Source: Eledone cirrhosa (Eukaryota). From it: a stretch of DNA of 64,000 nucleotides. The stretch is taken from the NCBI GenBank assembly GCA_964016885.1, contig OZ024743.1:356624001-356688000 (forward strand). Direction: 5' to 3'. This document shows positions 34,161 through 48,314 of the stretch, piece by piece. The notes below the pieces were generated by a model. The model was not told the origin of the DNA. It worked only from the letters and a program-made list of their open reading frames with translations, and ran no database searches. The position numbers and the translations under genes are program-made. Numbering within the stretch: the stretch's first letter is position 1; each line of letters opens with the position of its first letter.

Positions 34161-34196
34161 ATATATATATATATATATAATATTAATAAGGAGCAG

Positions 34197-34421
34197 GAGC
34201 AAAGTATCAGTATAACATCATTACATTTATTCAGAAGTGACACGTGTATCACAATCGATCAGCTCAAGGTGAATGTGAATATCTACATTCATTTAAGCAT
34301 CCAAAATCTGATGAGCTAAGAATTCCAAAGTCAGACACAATCATACACTGAGCTGATTGATCGATTGTGAAACACATGTCACATATGAATAAACATAATG
34401 ATGCTTACTTCATTCTTGCTC
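34197..34421. repeat. Fold-back element with about 70-bp arms and a degenerate hammerhead 3' half
   Basis: gtgacacgtgtatcacaatcgatcagctca versus tgagctgattgatcgattgtGAAACacatGTCac. Confidence 0.65.
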
Positions 34422-34457
<36 letters not shown>

Positions 34458-34592
34458 TACACTCTGCTTCTTAAGGATACCGACTACTGTGAAATACCAA
34501 ACGTAATATACCACATCGGCAATCGGACCCATATTAGCATTGAATGCTCAAACTGGTGAGCCAATATCAACTAAACATTGCACACCATTACA

Positions 34593-34650
<58 letters not shown>

Positions 34651-34729
34651 CAGAGATATTAATATAAACTATATATATGCAAATAAATATACACTCACAC
34701 ATATATATATATATATAAATATAAATTAT

Positions 34730-34832
34730 ATAGGATGAAAGGCAAAGTTAACCTCAGCGGGATTTGAACTCAGAATGGCAAGGGCCGTAACTCTATGCGT
34801 CAAAGCATGGGGTCCGACCCTCTACCGATACT
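34730..34832 (-). mobile_element. SINE family B fragment
   Basis: ggatgaaaggcaaagttaacctcagcgggatttgaactcag...ctctaccgatact. Confidence 0.8.
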
Positions 34833-35204
34833 TAAATATAAATTATATAATACCATGCACACACAAACTGAAATTTAGAAGTATTTGCACTACACATAAG
34901 TATTTAGTGCTCATTCAGTTAATATTTCAAATACTATGGTATTTTTAACATGCATTCTAAGATATATATATATATATGCTTAGAAAATGAAGGAAACTCT
35001 GAACGCAGGGAAATAGTTGTGAACACATTTGGAATTTGAGAACAGAGTTCGATTTTCGATCACGGCTGCTGGCCACCTTTTCCGTCTACAGGGGTATTTT
35101 ACCTGATTGTCTGAGCTATTTATGTGTAGAGTGTAAATATTATTTCTTTAAATAGAAAAGCGGCAGCATATATGTGCATGGTATTATATAGTTTATATGT
35201 GGTG

Positions 35205-35240
<36 letters not shown>

Positions 35241-35311
35241 CTCACATATGTGTATGTGTATGTGTTTATACATACGTGTGTGTGTGTGTTTATATATACA
35301 TATATGTTTGT

Positions 35312-35432
35312 GGTGAAGATGCATGGCTGAGTGGTTAGAGATTGGATTCGCAAACGTGAGGTTGTGAGTTCGATTCCCGGACAGGGCGATGCGTTATGTC
35401 CTTGAGCAAGACACTTTATTTCACGTTGCTTC
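35312..35432 (+). mobile_element. SINE family C-related head fragment
   Basis: A box tggctgagtgg, B box gagttcgattcc, ccttgagcaagacactttatttcac. Confidence 0.75.
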
Positions 35433-35537
35433 TTTTACCTGGAGTTGCGACCGATAGATAGTATTAGCAATTGGAAATACCAGTGGGAACATTATTTCCT
35501 CGGTCCGACTTGACTAAAGTCGATATGTTTGTGTATG

Positions 35538-35690
35538 TATATTCATTTTATTAAAGTTAAATAGTGAGTCTTGTTACTCTGGAGTTCCGCCTGTTTATCA
35601 CCGGGTTATCAGACAACTCACTATTTAGACTTAATAAAAATGAATATAAAAAAACTCTACTTGGGGTATTGAATACTTTTTTTTCTCGTC
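35538..35690. mobile_element. Fold-back element with a degenerate minus-strand hammerhead, same family as 59880-60155
   Basis: Arms tatattcattttattaa..atagtgagt / actcactattt..ttaataaaaatgaatata. Confidence 0.7.
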
Positions 35691-36034
35691 CGTCAACCAT
35701 ATACGGATATATATATAATTGTAAATATAATAATAAAAATATGGAAGGTTAATTTGTTTTAAAGTATATGACCCACGATATATGTTATTCATGTCTGCCC
35801 GACCAAATTGTAGTGTTAGTATTACGATTAGTTACGTGTATTTTAAATGTAAATAGACCTATCAATGACTCGAAACTGGGTCGCAGATTCAGCTTGTAAA
35901 GATCGTTTACCCGAACAACAATAGTAAGAGTGTACGTCACCCTAGATCCACACACCAGCCACCCCGCAGTAACATGAACATGTATCTATCAATGCTTAAC
36001 CAATGAACATGTATCTATCAATGCTAACCAATGA

Positions 36035-36660
36035 ACACACACACATATATATATATATATACTACATATACATACATACATACATACTACATATATATAC
36101 ATACATATATATATACATGCTACATATATATACATACCTATATATATATATATATACATACATACTACATATATATACATACCTATATATATACATACAT
36201 ACTACATATATATACATACCTACTACATATATATACATACCTATATATATACATACATACTACATATATATATGCATACCTATATATATACATACATACT
36301 ACATATATATATGCATATTACATATATATATATATGCATACTACATATATATATATATGCATACTACATATATATACACGCATACTACATATATATATAT
36401 GCATACTACATATACATACTACATATATATATGCATATTACATATATATACATATACATACTACATATACATACTACATATATATATGCATATTACATAT
36501 ATATACATATACATACTACATATATATATATATGCATACTACATATATATATATGCATACTACATATACATACTACATATATATATATGCATATTACATA
36601 TATATACATATGCATACTACATATATATACACATATAACATACAAATATATGTGTATGTG
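36035..36660. repeat. TA-derived minisatellite (gcatactacatatata units)
   Basis: Direct inspection. Confidence 0.88.
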
Positions 36661-36664
36661 TATA

Positions 36665-37008
36665 TGGAGGCACATGGCTTAGTGGTTAGAGCATTGGCCT
36701 TGCAATCGAAAGGTTGTGAGTTCAATTCTCAGACCGGGTGATGTGTTGTTTCCTTGAGCAAGGCACTTTATTTCACATTGCTCCAGTTTACTCAGCTGTA
36801 GAAATGAGATGATAGAGACTGGGGTCCCTATCATTCCACTGCAAAGTGATCGTGGAGGTGCCACGGCAAAAAAGCACACAGCACTCACTGTAAATGAGGT
36901 TGGTGTTAGGAAGGGCATCCAGCTGTAGAAATCAAGCCAGAATCAGTTCCCGTCCCACCCTTGCAAGCAGGGAAAAGTGGACGTAAAATGAAATGATGAA
37001 TGAATGAT
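36665..37008 (+). mobile_element. SINE family C, full length, C1 tail
   Basis: Complete head, body and tail. Confidence 0.9.
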
Positions 37009-38909
37009 ATATACATACCACATACACACACAGCAATTATTCAAACGGTCGTCAGTGCATGTTATGCTGCACAACATCACACAGTTGTGAGTGCACGTAA
37101 ATGTATGATATGGGTGGATTCTATGAATAGGGAGGGGAGAGACGAGAAAGGGTCACGACATAACTTCCTTCTACTTAGAACACCACCAGGAAACTTATTA
37201 AAGTAGCAAACAGCGGTGGCCTCTTACATTCCATCACATATATATGTCTGTGTGTGTGTGTGTTTATCAGCCAAAGTAAACGTTAACCGAATGGTGTATA
37301 AAGTTTAATTTTCATTCTATAATTAATTACAATCAATAAATATTTCGCTTTTGGATTACTTATACATAAATGGATTAACAAATTCCAATATACGCATTTA
37401 CATGTTTCTCTGTGTGTATGTACACGTACATATTTAATGGTAAACTTCCGTAAAAGCTAAGCATGAAAGTAAACGTTTGAAACAAGATGGTTTGTTTTCA
37501 TTTTAGTTAGCTTGTACATCCTGAGGTATACTTTGTTTTGTTGTTCACCCGGCATCTCCCACCCCATCCAGCAATAACGAATCCGATAATGATAATGTGA
37601 GGTGGGCATCTTGTGTGTTCCACCCGACCAGAAAGGAGACAACACAACCGCAAAACAACTGGCGTTGTTGTTATTTATATATATATAATTTATACCAAGC
37701 AGATCACACACAGCGAGCGAATGATAGTCGGTTAGGAAATATGGATGGCTAGAAAGGATACTACAGCAATATGTAGGCATGCGTTGTGACTGTTTATATA
37801 ATTACTTCGCAATTAGATTTCATTTTATTTATACTTTGCTTTTGTTTTCGGGTTATTTTATTGTTACTAATATTATTATTACTTTTTGTAGTAGTTGTTC
37901 CTATCGTGTTTTATTTAGTCTCATCTGAAAATTCACAACGATGCCGAACAAAAATGTATAAGAGTTAACTTTACTAGAGATAGTCCTATGGTAAAATGCT
38001 GCAGTATATGTATCCATAGATATACATGTATATATATTTGTTTATCATGTTTGTACACACGACTATATGTATACATATATACACATATCTTTCTATATAT
38101 AATTGATTAGTGAAATTAAGAAATATACAAGCATTTAAGACTAACTAATCGTTCATAACGATTATTAGAATTGCTTGTACATTCGGGTATGTATACTATT
38201 AAGTTCGTTGAATTTTCAATTCCTGAATTTAAACTACATGATAACATATATAATCTTTGTGTGTATGTTGTTACAGATTTATGCATATATAATACATATA
38301 GTTTTTGTATATGTATTTATAGATCATATACACCATAAACACACAATGCACATATACAGATAGTGGTGTGTGTGCACCCACACTGTATATATGAGTGTCT
38401 ATGTACAATATAACGGTGATATTTGTAAGAATGAGGAAAAAAGCATTATTCGTAAATTAGTTTTGTTCTACGTACATGTATGTATTATCAGGAGGCTGGC
38501 ATAGGTTTATATATTTCGGGTACTGGTTTGATAGAGGGTAAACGGGTATAAAGGTTTTATTGAAACAGTCGAACGGATCTACAACTAACTACTGAACCTT
38601 AAAACAATTCCTTAGTTATTAATTTGCCCACTCTATTTAATTATATATAAAAAAATTAAAAGGTAACGAAAATAAATAAAAGATATTCACCGTACCCTCA
38701 CCAACTAAACAAAAACATCCCACTCATATTTGGAAGGAAAAATACCCCACACCCAATATATATCCTCCGAAAAAACCTGGAATTATGAGAATTAAACGAC
38801 GTACGAACGAAAAAGTAGAAATTAAACAGAGTAAAAATAAAATATAATCCATTCTGTTGTTTTTTTACTCACTCTTTTAAAAACTTGGGGGGAAAAACCA
38901 GCTCATAAA

Positions 38910-39360
38910 AATCGGCGGAAGTAGATTTGTGGATGTGTGCGAATAAGAAACAAGCGACACGCATGCGCAGCGACCTTTCATTAGTCCTATTCTTTCATTA
39001 TCTTTTTCTTTCTCTATCACATTCACTCAGCCTTTCTCTCTCACTCCTTCATATTTTATCCATCTCTTTCTTTTTTCTGCTTTGGTATTTCTGTCTAACA
39101 CCCTCTCTCTATATTTATATCCCCCTTCAGGTTGCTGTTTCGCCTGCTACCTCTAGCTATTTTCATGTTTCTTTCTACCTCTTTTCACTCTTCCTCGCTC
39201 GCTCTCATGTTTCTATCTACCTATCCCCCTCTTCGACGCTCGCGCGCGAGTACGACCTGACCTAGGCGAAGCGTCTCCATGTACTTCCGGGTCGCCGGAG
39301 CGAAACGGGAAGGTCGGTCGCTCGCTTTTGGTCGGCGATTACGGTCAGTCGGCTGGTTGG
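38910..39360 (+). promoter_or_regulatory. Probable promoter of the teashirt/tiptop-like gene
   Basis: Only dense CpG patch outside TEs (39230-39355); NRF1-like acgcatgcgc near 38959, ETS-like acttccgg near 39283, Inr-like tcagtc at 39345-39350. Confidence 0.6.
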
Positions 39361-39758
39361 TTGGTTTTGGTTTAGATTTCGTTTGGTTATTGCTGTGGTT
39401 TGCTGTGGTTTGTTTGTGTGTGTGTGTGAGTGTGTTGATTGTGTTTGCTTTTTTTTCCTCTCCCCCCTCTTTCTTCATCTTCCTCTTCTTTTTCTTCTAA
39501 GTAGGAGGAAGGAGGGAAGAAACAACGATAGAGGGCCGAATAAGAGAGGGTGAGGGAAATACAGACGGCTTTAATGGTTAATGGTTAAATATTAACAGCA
39601 AAAATAAGAAAGAAAGAAGAAAAAAAAGCAGAAACAGAGAGAAAAGACAAAGTACGAAGCAAGCAAGCCACATGCGGTTCATTTAAAATTATTTGTTACC
39701 CACAGACCTCCTTCACATCGCTTTGGACGGTTCTTTCCTATACTTTTTTTGGTCGACA

Positions 39759-39798
39759 ATGCCTAGAAGAAAACAGAACTGCCCTAAACGTTTGAAAT
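39759..39798 (+). CDS. tsh: First coding exon of a teashirt/tiptop (TSHZ) family zinc-finger transcription factor (MPRRKQNCPKRLK, phase-1 intron)
   Basis: ATG in good context (acaATG), 13 codons plus 1 nt, then canonical GTAAGT donor; MPRRKQxxPxR N-terminal motif and a 40-nt first coding exon are TSHZ features. Confidence 0.75.
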
Positions 39799-40491
39799 GT
39801 AAGTACGTTTACCATCTATATCGTCATCGTGTCTGTGTAATCATCTTACACTTGTGGCTAATAAACAAAAAAAAATTATCTTTATTATTATGAGACAGCG
39901 TTATTAATTAAAGAAAATATTTAATATTAGTAGTAGTATGTGTTGTGGTTTTTAATTTTTTATATATATTTTCTCATATTTTTATTGTTTTTTCTTCTAC
40001 ATCAACTATAATCAGGATCGACAGCATTTGTTTGAAGTAATGATTTTTTTTATTTATTTTGTTACTGATCGGGAAAGGCATGAATGTCACAGGGTCCAGC
40101 TACCGCCTTCTTTTCCTCCTTTTCATAAATTCTGACGGGTTATTAGACAACCGCTTCATATTTTTCAGTAGTCATCATCATTATCATCATCATCATCATC
40201 ATCGTGGTCGTCACCGTTCCCGGGCGGGGGTAAGAAGCTCATCATCCACATTTTCGCGTTCTTGTGCACTTCATTCCAATTTATGTCTTCTAAGATATAT
40301 GTATGTTCTTGCACACACACACACACACACATTATATATTATATATACACCCATGTACACACACTATACGTATGTAGTGTGTATGTGTAGGTATCTGTCA
40401 GCGCGTATACGTATGCATGCAGACTCGCCCACCCTCACATCCGACCAATAATGTAAGGGCGTGAGTGTATAGATGTCACCGTCGGAGCGCA

Positions 40492-40528
<37 letters not shown>

Positions 40529-40603
40529 TCATAATCATAATCGTTGTTTGATAAATACATACACAAACTATATACACACAAACACACACACATATATATA
40601 TAC

Positions 40604-40636
<33 letters not shown>

Positions 40637-42821
40637 TGTGTGTGTGTTGTATATGTAGGAAGCTTTTATCTTCGCGCTTCCTATCTGCATACATACATAT
40701 ATACATACTTACGCACATACATGCGTTCATACATACCCAAGCACTATATATAAATGTGTGTGTGTAGTTGTCATCATAGTTAGTGAACACACACACAGAC
40801 GCACGCACTTGCTTACGTTGGTTTATATCGTTTGTTTTTGTTGTAACAGCGTGTTGGTGGTGGAATTCGTTGTTGTTTTCACCAACATCATCAGCTTCTC
40901 CAAATTCTTAAATCTCCTCACACTTTCAATCTTAGCCTATTATTTTATTTACCTTACTTATCACATCCATCTATATATACACTTTCTGTTGTTGCTCATC
41001 AACAGCCAACAGATCTGTCAACGAAATCGAGGATCTCTTATTTTTGTTGTTTTTGATGAGGGTGATGTTTGTTTCTGGTGTGTGTGTGTGTTTCAAATTA
41101 TGGCGGCATATAGTATTGGTGCGATGTTTGTAGGTATGTGATGAAATGTATGGGTATATTTTCATTTTACTTTTAGTCGCGGGTATTGTAATTTTCAATG
41201 TCCATCAATGTGTGTGTGTGTGTATAATGTGCATATGCGTGTAATTGTGTGTTAAGTTAGTTTTGTTGTGGTTTTATCGTTTGTGGATGTGTGTGTGTGT
41301 GTGATCTGGCATGCTTATTTGTTGTTATTGTTGGCGGGTGGTGATGATGGAATGACTGAAGATTCTTAAACAACACGCACTTGCTGGCTGGTTTGTTGGC
41401 TGACTGCTTTGGCAGTAGTAGTGTATGTGTGTGTAAATGTATGTAATATATATATATATATATATGTCTGTATGTGTGTATGTCTGACTGACAGACAGAC
41501 TGACTACCCTGAACCATTATTCGACTTGCTGTGCTCACCCTACTTATTTATTTTGATTATATATTATTTTTTCTTTTCCTCATTAGAATCATAGGATACT
41601 CGTGTGCGTGTGTTTGTGTGTGTACACGAATACACATCTGACTAAATAATGTTCGTTCGTATTTATTTTATTTTTTTTACTTTTAAACATCGCAACCAAG
41701 ACCTCAATTTACGCGCACGCGCACACACACACACACACACTATATATATGTGTGTGTGTGTGTGTGTATTACAAAGAATCCAAGAACAGTGTGTGTATGT
41801 GCTTCGTCTATTTGAAACAATTGCTTGTTCCGCCGTATGTCAATGATTTCGACATTGTCACACACATGTCATTGTCCGTTACAAATCCTAAATGCACACG
41901 TACATCGTGTATGCCCACACACACACACACACCCCAATGTATATATATATGCCTGTGTGTGTGAGGGAGAGAGAGGGTGATAGACAGATAGATACATAGA
42001 TGGATAATATGGGTATGCGTTGAGTGAAGAAATCTTTTTTTTTTCCGCTGACATCATATTCATTTATCTTACACACACACACATGTGCGCGCGTCAGTAT
42101 GTCTTCGTTGTTTTAGACACATCGCCCCTTCTCGTATTATCACTATCATCATCAGCATCATTGGCATTAGAGCTCTTTATGTATTGTATTACCCTTCAAT
42201 ACAAATTACCTCGAAATTTTCCCCGATCTTGCTCGCTTTTAACTATGTGTGTGTATAGGGTCTTTCGAAGGCCTTTATAAAAACAGCAACAACTACAGGA
42301 TCAAGACGAAAGACAAGCCAACAATGAAGCCTCTACGTAAAAGTGTCAGCCTGTTAGAAATGACAGCTAATATCCCCTCAAATTACACACCCAATAACCC
42401 ACCGTCTTATAAAACAACGAACGACAGAAACATTCGATAATATAGTTATAGATACAGTATATTACAGTATGTCTTTTAAAAAAAGGCGGGGTGGTCATCG
42501 ATGGAATGCCATTTAATTGATTGTATACACAAATACAATCATAACTATTTGCTTTTTATTGTGTATACGATATAACACGCATACACACATATATCTTCCG
42601 TCTACTTAACCCTTTACCTGTGCATTATATCCATCTGTCATCCATCATTCATTCACACACTCAACTACAATATTCTTCAATTAATACACACACACACATC
42701 TAGCTGTCAAGGCATTATTATATATCTTAGCTAGCTAGCTATTTAGCTATTTATCAATGTTTCCCTTAAAATTGTTATCAATCTCGCTGTCTAATTACAC
42801 ACCCTTTATGCTATTTGTTGA

Positions 42822-43057
42822 TATATATATATATATATATAATACACACATATATACATACACATATATATATATAATACACACACATATATGTATATAT
42901 ATATATAATACACACATATACATACACATATATATATATAATACACACACATATATGTATATATATATATAATACACACATATACATACACATATATATA
43001 TATAATACACACACATATATGTATATATATATATAATACACACACATATACATACAT

Positions 43058-43134
<77 letters not shown>

Positions 43135-43257
43135 TAATACACACACATACATACATACACACACATATATATATATATATATACATACATATATAATACA
43201 CACACATACATACATACACATATATAAATATATATCTGTATATACATATGTATATGA

Positions 43258-43307
<50 letters not shown>

Positions 43308-43337
43308 ATATATATATAGAGATTCGTACAAAAATGC

Positions 43338-43373
<36 letters not shown>

Positions 43374-43560
43374 GTTACTACACCCACACATATATGCAAA
43401 CATTGAAAAAACGATAATTATATATATCGACACATATACATACATATATACACTTATATATACACACTTATATACATACACACACAAACACATCTCTCTC
43501 TCTCTCTATATATATATATACATATAGATACACACACATGTATGTGTGTGTGTATGGAAG
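42822..43560. repeat. TA/CA compound microsatellite
   Basis: Direct inspection. Confidence 0.9.
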
Positions 43561-43656
43561 GGTGGTTTTTAATTTTTCCTATATATATATCTCTGTCTCG
43601 AACCATTTATTTATTTCACTGTCCATCCAAATATCCTGGAAATTCTATCCAGCCTA

Positions 43657-43702
<46 letters not shown>

Positions 43703-44078
43703 TTAATGTGACTATTTCCTTGTCTCTATTCTGTCTGACAGTCTGCCTGTCCATCTTGATCGATTACACTTAGTTGTCAGCTCTTACACAATCTAGCCGA
43801 GTGAAAGAGAAAGAGTGGTCGGTGTACAGTGTATACAAGTAAGCCGAAGAGACCTTCTAGGTTCATTCGCCTGCTTGTCTTGTGGAGTTGCGTGTGTGCA
43901 TCGCTGTCACTCAACGAAGCGTCAATGTTGGCAGTAGTATTGCTGCAAACGCCACCAACAGCTCCTTCGTTTCTCCTATATACCAGGCCTTTCACGGCTA
44001 TTCTCACACTTGCCTCGTCACCCCCATCTCTCTCTCTCTCTCTCTCTCTACATACATACATACATATAAATATATGCG

Positions 44079-44162
<84 letters not shown>

Positions 44163-44927
44163 GACCTTTTCGCCTGTTTATCACGCGCACGTACACAAAT
44201 AAATGCCGGTGATATATATATATATTTATTTATGTGCGTGTGAACTAAAATGGTACTGCCTAGGTTCATATGTCTCTACTATGTTTATATGTGTATGTGT
44301 ACACTCGGTGACTTCGCAATGATAGACAAGCCAACATACTAGTGAACGAAGGAACCTGAACATACTAGAAACATCCAAGACACAGTAGATAATGTAATCC
44401 TAGATTCCCCTTAAAGAAGACGCGATGGTCATATAGCTTGGAATGGCTTTGGTCATTGATCTCTCCGATCAGCGTTAAACTATGATTAGAGAGAACAATT
44501 ATCTACAAAAAGCCTGTGTACTCATTCATACCCGCCAAAATATATATTTACCATTTTGACGTATATCATCTCGCTACGTATACATAACAGATAAACACAC
44601 ATACTTAGATACATACATATATACTTACTCGTTTACTCTCACACACATATATCCATACATCCATCCACACATACATATGTATTTGTATATTCACACACCC
44701 GGACGTGTAATGTAATTCTTAGAAAACATGACGGCCAAATTTGCCCCAAATCACTCTTTAACGTCTTGAGAAAAGTGGACACGTTGAAAAGCACAGTCCC
44801 AGATAGATTTCACAATATCCGATAAAAAATTGCGATGGTCATGGTCAGAACTTTATTGCTTACAGGTATTAGCTCGATTAGAAATGACTTAAAATTAAAT
44901 AACCCACACTGAAGTGTGTGTGGTGTG

Positions 44928-44999
<72 letters not shown>

Positions 45000-45116
45000 T
45001 TCACATTCGCATACACAAAGCAGTTATTAATAAGTGTGAAATAAGAAGATTTCACACCTCTAACATCATTCCTTCATAGCCACCCTATGAACGTTTCGGC
45101 CTACCCACGTATATAC

Positions 45117-45201
45117 AGGGTATCCCCCAAAAATGTATAAACATGTTTATTAGAACGCTATTGAAGTATATATACATTTTTTTTTTGGGGGGGGGACCCT
45201 G
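45117..45201. mobile_element. Small Tc1/mariner-type MITE
   Basis: ta-cagggtatcccccaaaaatgtata ... tatacatttt(t)nggg(g)naccctg imperfect TIRs. Confidence 0.6.
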
Positions 45202-45210
45202 CGTGTGTGT

Positions 45211-45266
<56 letters not shown>

Positions 45267-45656
45267 AATGTATGCTGCAGCATACACAGAGCTGTTGCTG
45301 TTTGCTCTGTGATTGCTGTGAATGTTGTATAATCAATTTTTAGACTGTCCAAACAAAATCAAGAATGAAGCCATCCTTTATTACACCCTTATTCAAATTT
45401 CAGAAATTCTTATCATCAAAAGTGATATCTTGTAATAACAATAATAATAATATCTATTTAGTCATTTATTTATTTACCAACGAGAGTAATAAGGATATGA
45501 ACGGCGTGTCGATATTTTCATATCTATTTATGTAGGTGTGTGTCGGCCTATCTAGCTTAACTTTCAACACTTGTCAATGTGTCTATTATGTCTACACGAC
45601 ATGGGCATGGAATAATTGGCATATAGTTATTATGAATTGTGAGAAGAGTACAACTT

Positions 45657-45697
45657 ACATACACACACACACACACACATATATATATGTATATGTG

Positions 45698-45730
<33 letters not shown>

Positions 45731-45731
45731 G

Positions 45732-45818
<87 letters not shown>

Positions 45819-45831
45819 GTATATATATATG

Positions 45832-45862
<31 letters not shown>

Positions 45863-46070
45863 GTATATATATAGAGAGAGAGAGATACATACATATAGAT
45901 AGATATATACATATAAATATATATATATAGATAGATATATACATATAGATAGATATATATAGAGAGAGAGATAGATATATTCATACATATAGATATATAT
46001 ATACATACATATATATACATATATATATATATATAGACATGCATACATATATATATTTATATATATATAT

Positions 46071-46101
<31 letters not shown>

Positions 46102-46210
46102 CATACATATATATATTTATATATATATATATACATACATATATATATATATACACATATATATATATACATATATATACATACATATATATATTTATAT
46201 ATATATATAC

Positions 46211-46257
<47 letters not shown>

Positions 46258-46296
46258 CATATATATATACATATATATATACATATATATATATAC

Positions 46297-46327
<31 letters not shown>

Positions 46328-46390
46328 CATATATATATACATATATATATACATATATATATATACATATATATATACACATATATATAT

Positions 46391-46473
<83 letters not shown>

Positions 46474-46477
46474 TGTA
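45657..46477. repeat. TA/TATG/TACA compound microsatellite
   Basis: Direct inspection. Confidence 0.93.
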
Positions 46478-46656
46478 GAAGAGATATTTAATTTGTTGGA
46501 AATCCAACAAATATAGATGTTTACACCTGATTCAGAGCACTCAACTGTTTTCTGGAGTAAGTATTCAATGATATTAAATTATTACTTTCCATGGATAACA
46601 TGAACCGTTAAGGTATATTATCCTTGGTCATGTCAAATATTTATAAAACACTTTGT

Positions 46657-46715
46657 ATTTTATCTGATGATAGCGTACCAAGATGTTGGTACCCTTGAAA
46701 TATATATAATAGAAT
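46657..46715 (+). ncRNA. Hammerhead motif, same family as the 17614-17979 palindrome
   Basis: attttat-CTGATGA-..gtaccaa gatg ttggtac..-GAAA-tatata-TA-atagaat. Confidence 0.55.
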
Positions 46716-46966
46716 CATCATCATCATCAACGTTTAACGTCCGTGTTCCACGCTTGCATGGGTTTGGACGGGGGTATTCCCACTTGAGGCAAGAGTGATT
46801 GTCTTGCTCGCATAGGACTGTCTGGCAGGTTTTCTACAGTTGGATGCCCTTCCTAACACCAACCACATTTACAGTGTGGGTCTGGGAGGTTTTTACCGTG
46901 TTGCCTACACGGCCACATTACAGCGTGGACTGTGTGTTTTTTTTGTCGTAACACCTACACGATCTC
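46716..46966 (-). mobile_element. RTE-2 3' fragment with 7-bp TSD atagaat
   Basis: Reverse-complement match to about 33908-34160; TSD at 46709-46715 and 46967-46973. Confidence 0.9.
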
Positions 46967-47111
46967 ATAGAATAAATATGGTTTTATAAATATAGTTTCC
47001 ATTTATTTAATATCATTGTATATATATATATATATCCTGATATCTTCCAAAAGTAACGGTTGCATTTTGAAAGGGTACGTCAATTTTTATTTATAAAACT
47101 GGTATATATTG

Positions 47112-47176
47112 TATTTTGTCTGATGAAGGCATACCATAATTTAACTTGGAATCCTTGAAATATGTATAATGAAATA
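47112..47176 (+). ncRNA. Hammerhead motif, same family
   Basis: tattttgt-CTGATGA-agg...cctt-GAAA-tatgta-TA-atgaaata, followed by the family tail. Confidence 0.6.
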
Positions 47177-47334
47177 AATATGGTTTTATAAATATAGTTT
47201 CCATTTGTTAATATCGTATATATATATATATATATATACATACAGAGAGGCGGATGTTAAACGTGCATAATGATGATGACGATGATGATACATGTGTGTA
47301 CATATGTATACACACACGTATATATATATATATG

Positions 47335-47520
47335 CGAAACATCAACAAGGAAAAACAACAGGAGAACAATACAGTACAATACAATACGTGTTAGTTTGAC
47401 GCTTGGTAAAGTAGGAAAAGCGTCTTAATGTTTCGGGCTTTTGTCCTTCATCGGAAGATACAATGAGTGATAGAGGATAGAAGAGAGTAAGAAAGGGAAA
47501 AAATGTCATATGAGGAAAGC
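47335..47520 (-). mobile_element. Penelope-type tail with a degenerate hammerhead, related to 56031-56160
   Basis: tctt-CCGATGA-aggac aaaa gccc-GAAAC-ATT-aaga and a similar downstream tail. Confidence 0.5.
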
Positions 47521-47571
47521 ACATATATACTTACACACTCACATTTAAATATACTACACACACACATATAT

Positions 47572-47742
47572 ATTTTTTCCCCACGCTTGCATGGGTTGGA
47601 CGGGTCCTTAAGCACACCATCTACCCACTCAGTGTGTCCCTTCCTCATCAACTCTGTGAGTCTCAGCGATATGAGATTAGCTCTCACCACCTCTGTCCAT
47701 GTCTTATTTCCACTGGGATTTCCTGGCACTTCTTCACCCAGG
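47572..47742 (-). mobile_element. Old RTE 3' end fragment
   Basis: Minus-strand peptide KTWTEVVRANLISLRL followed by the ccgtccaacccatgcaagcgtgg tail. Confidence 0.65.
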
Positions 47743-48225
47743 AATTATTTACACACACACACACACACATATATATATACACACATATATATATATATAT
47801 ATATACGTATATACTTCACCGCCAGATTTAAATTAACAAATCATTTCTGTTCGCCTCCATAATTTCCTACCAAATCGCGTATGCGATGTAACACGTATGC
47901 GATGTAACACGTATGTGTAAGCAATTATAGAGATAAGTACTCAATACTTGATAGTATGCTGAAAAGTATTTTATTCAGAGCTGATTTCCCCCCATCCCCC
48001 TCCAAAAAAGCCGTACACATGCTCACACACACATACACACAATATATATACAAACCTCTGTCGTCACTCTACACATATATTGAGTACTTTATTTAGTTTT
48101 CCCCGACTCAACTAGGGGGGGGTCTCTCTCTCAAGCGTGAACCTAATACCACACTGTTCGTACTGCACCCTTTGTTATTGGTTTTTTTGTCTTTTACTTA
48201 TATATATATATATAGAGAGAGAGAG

Positions 48226-48314
48226 ATAGGAAAATGTTTGACCCCGACGGCAGAGCTCAAGCCGTTTGGTCGAAATGGCTTGAGCTCTGCCGTCGGGGTC
48301 ATACATTTTCCTAT
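48226..48314. repeat. GC-rich near-perfect 89-nt hairpin
   Basis: ataggaaaatgtttgaccccgacggcagagctcaagccgttt-ggtcg-aaatggcttgagctctgccgtcggggtcatacattttcctat. Confidence 0.9.

Noticed and set aside
36665-36745. tRNA-like sequences with A and B boxes (also 23342, 25604, 26390, 54150 and 55021)
   Set aside because: SINE heads continuing into a shared body and LINE-like tail; no complete cloverleaf or terminator
39279-39500. 73-aa ORF with a hydrophobic C-terminus at the promoter
   Set aside because: Arises from GT/CT-rich low-complexity UTR sequence; no domain evidence
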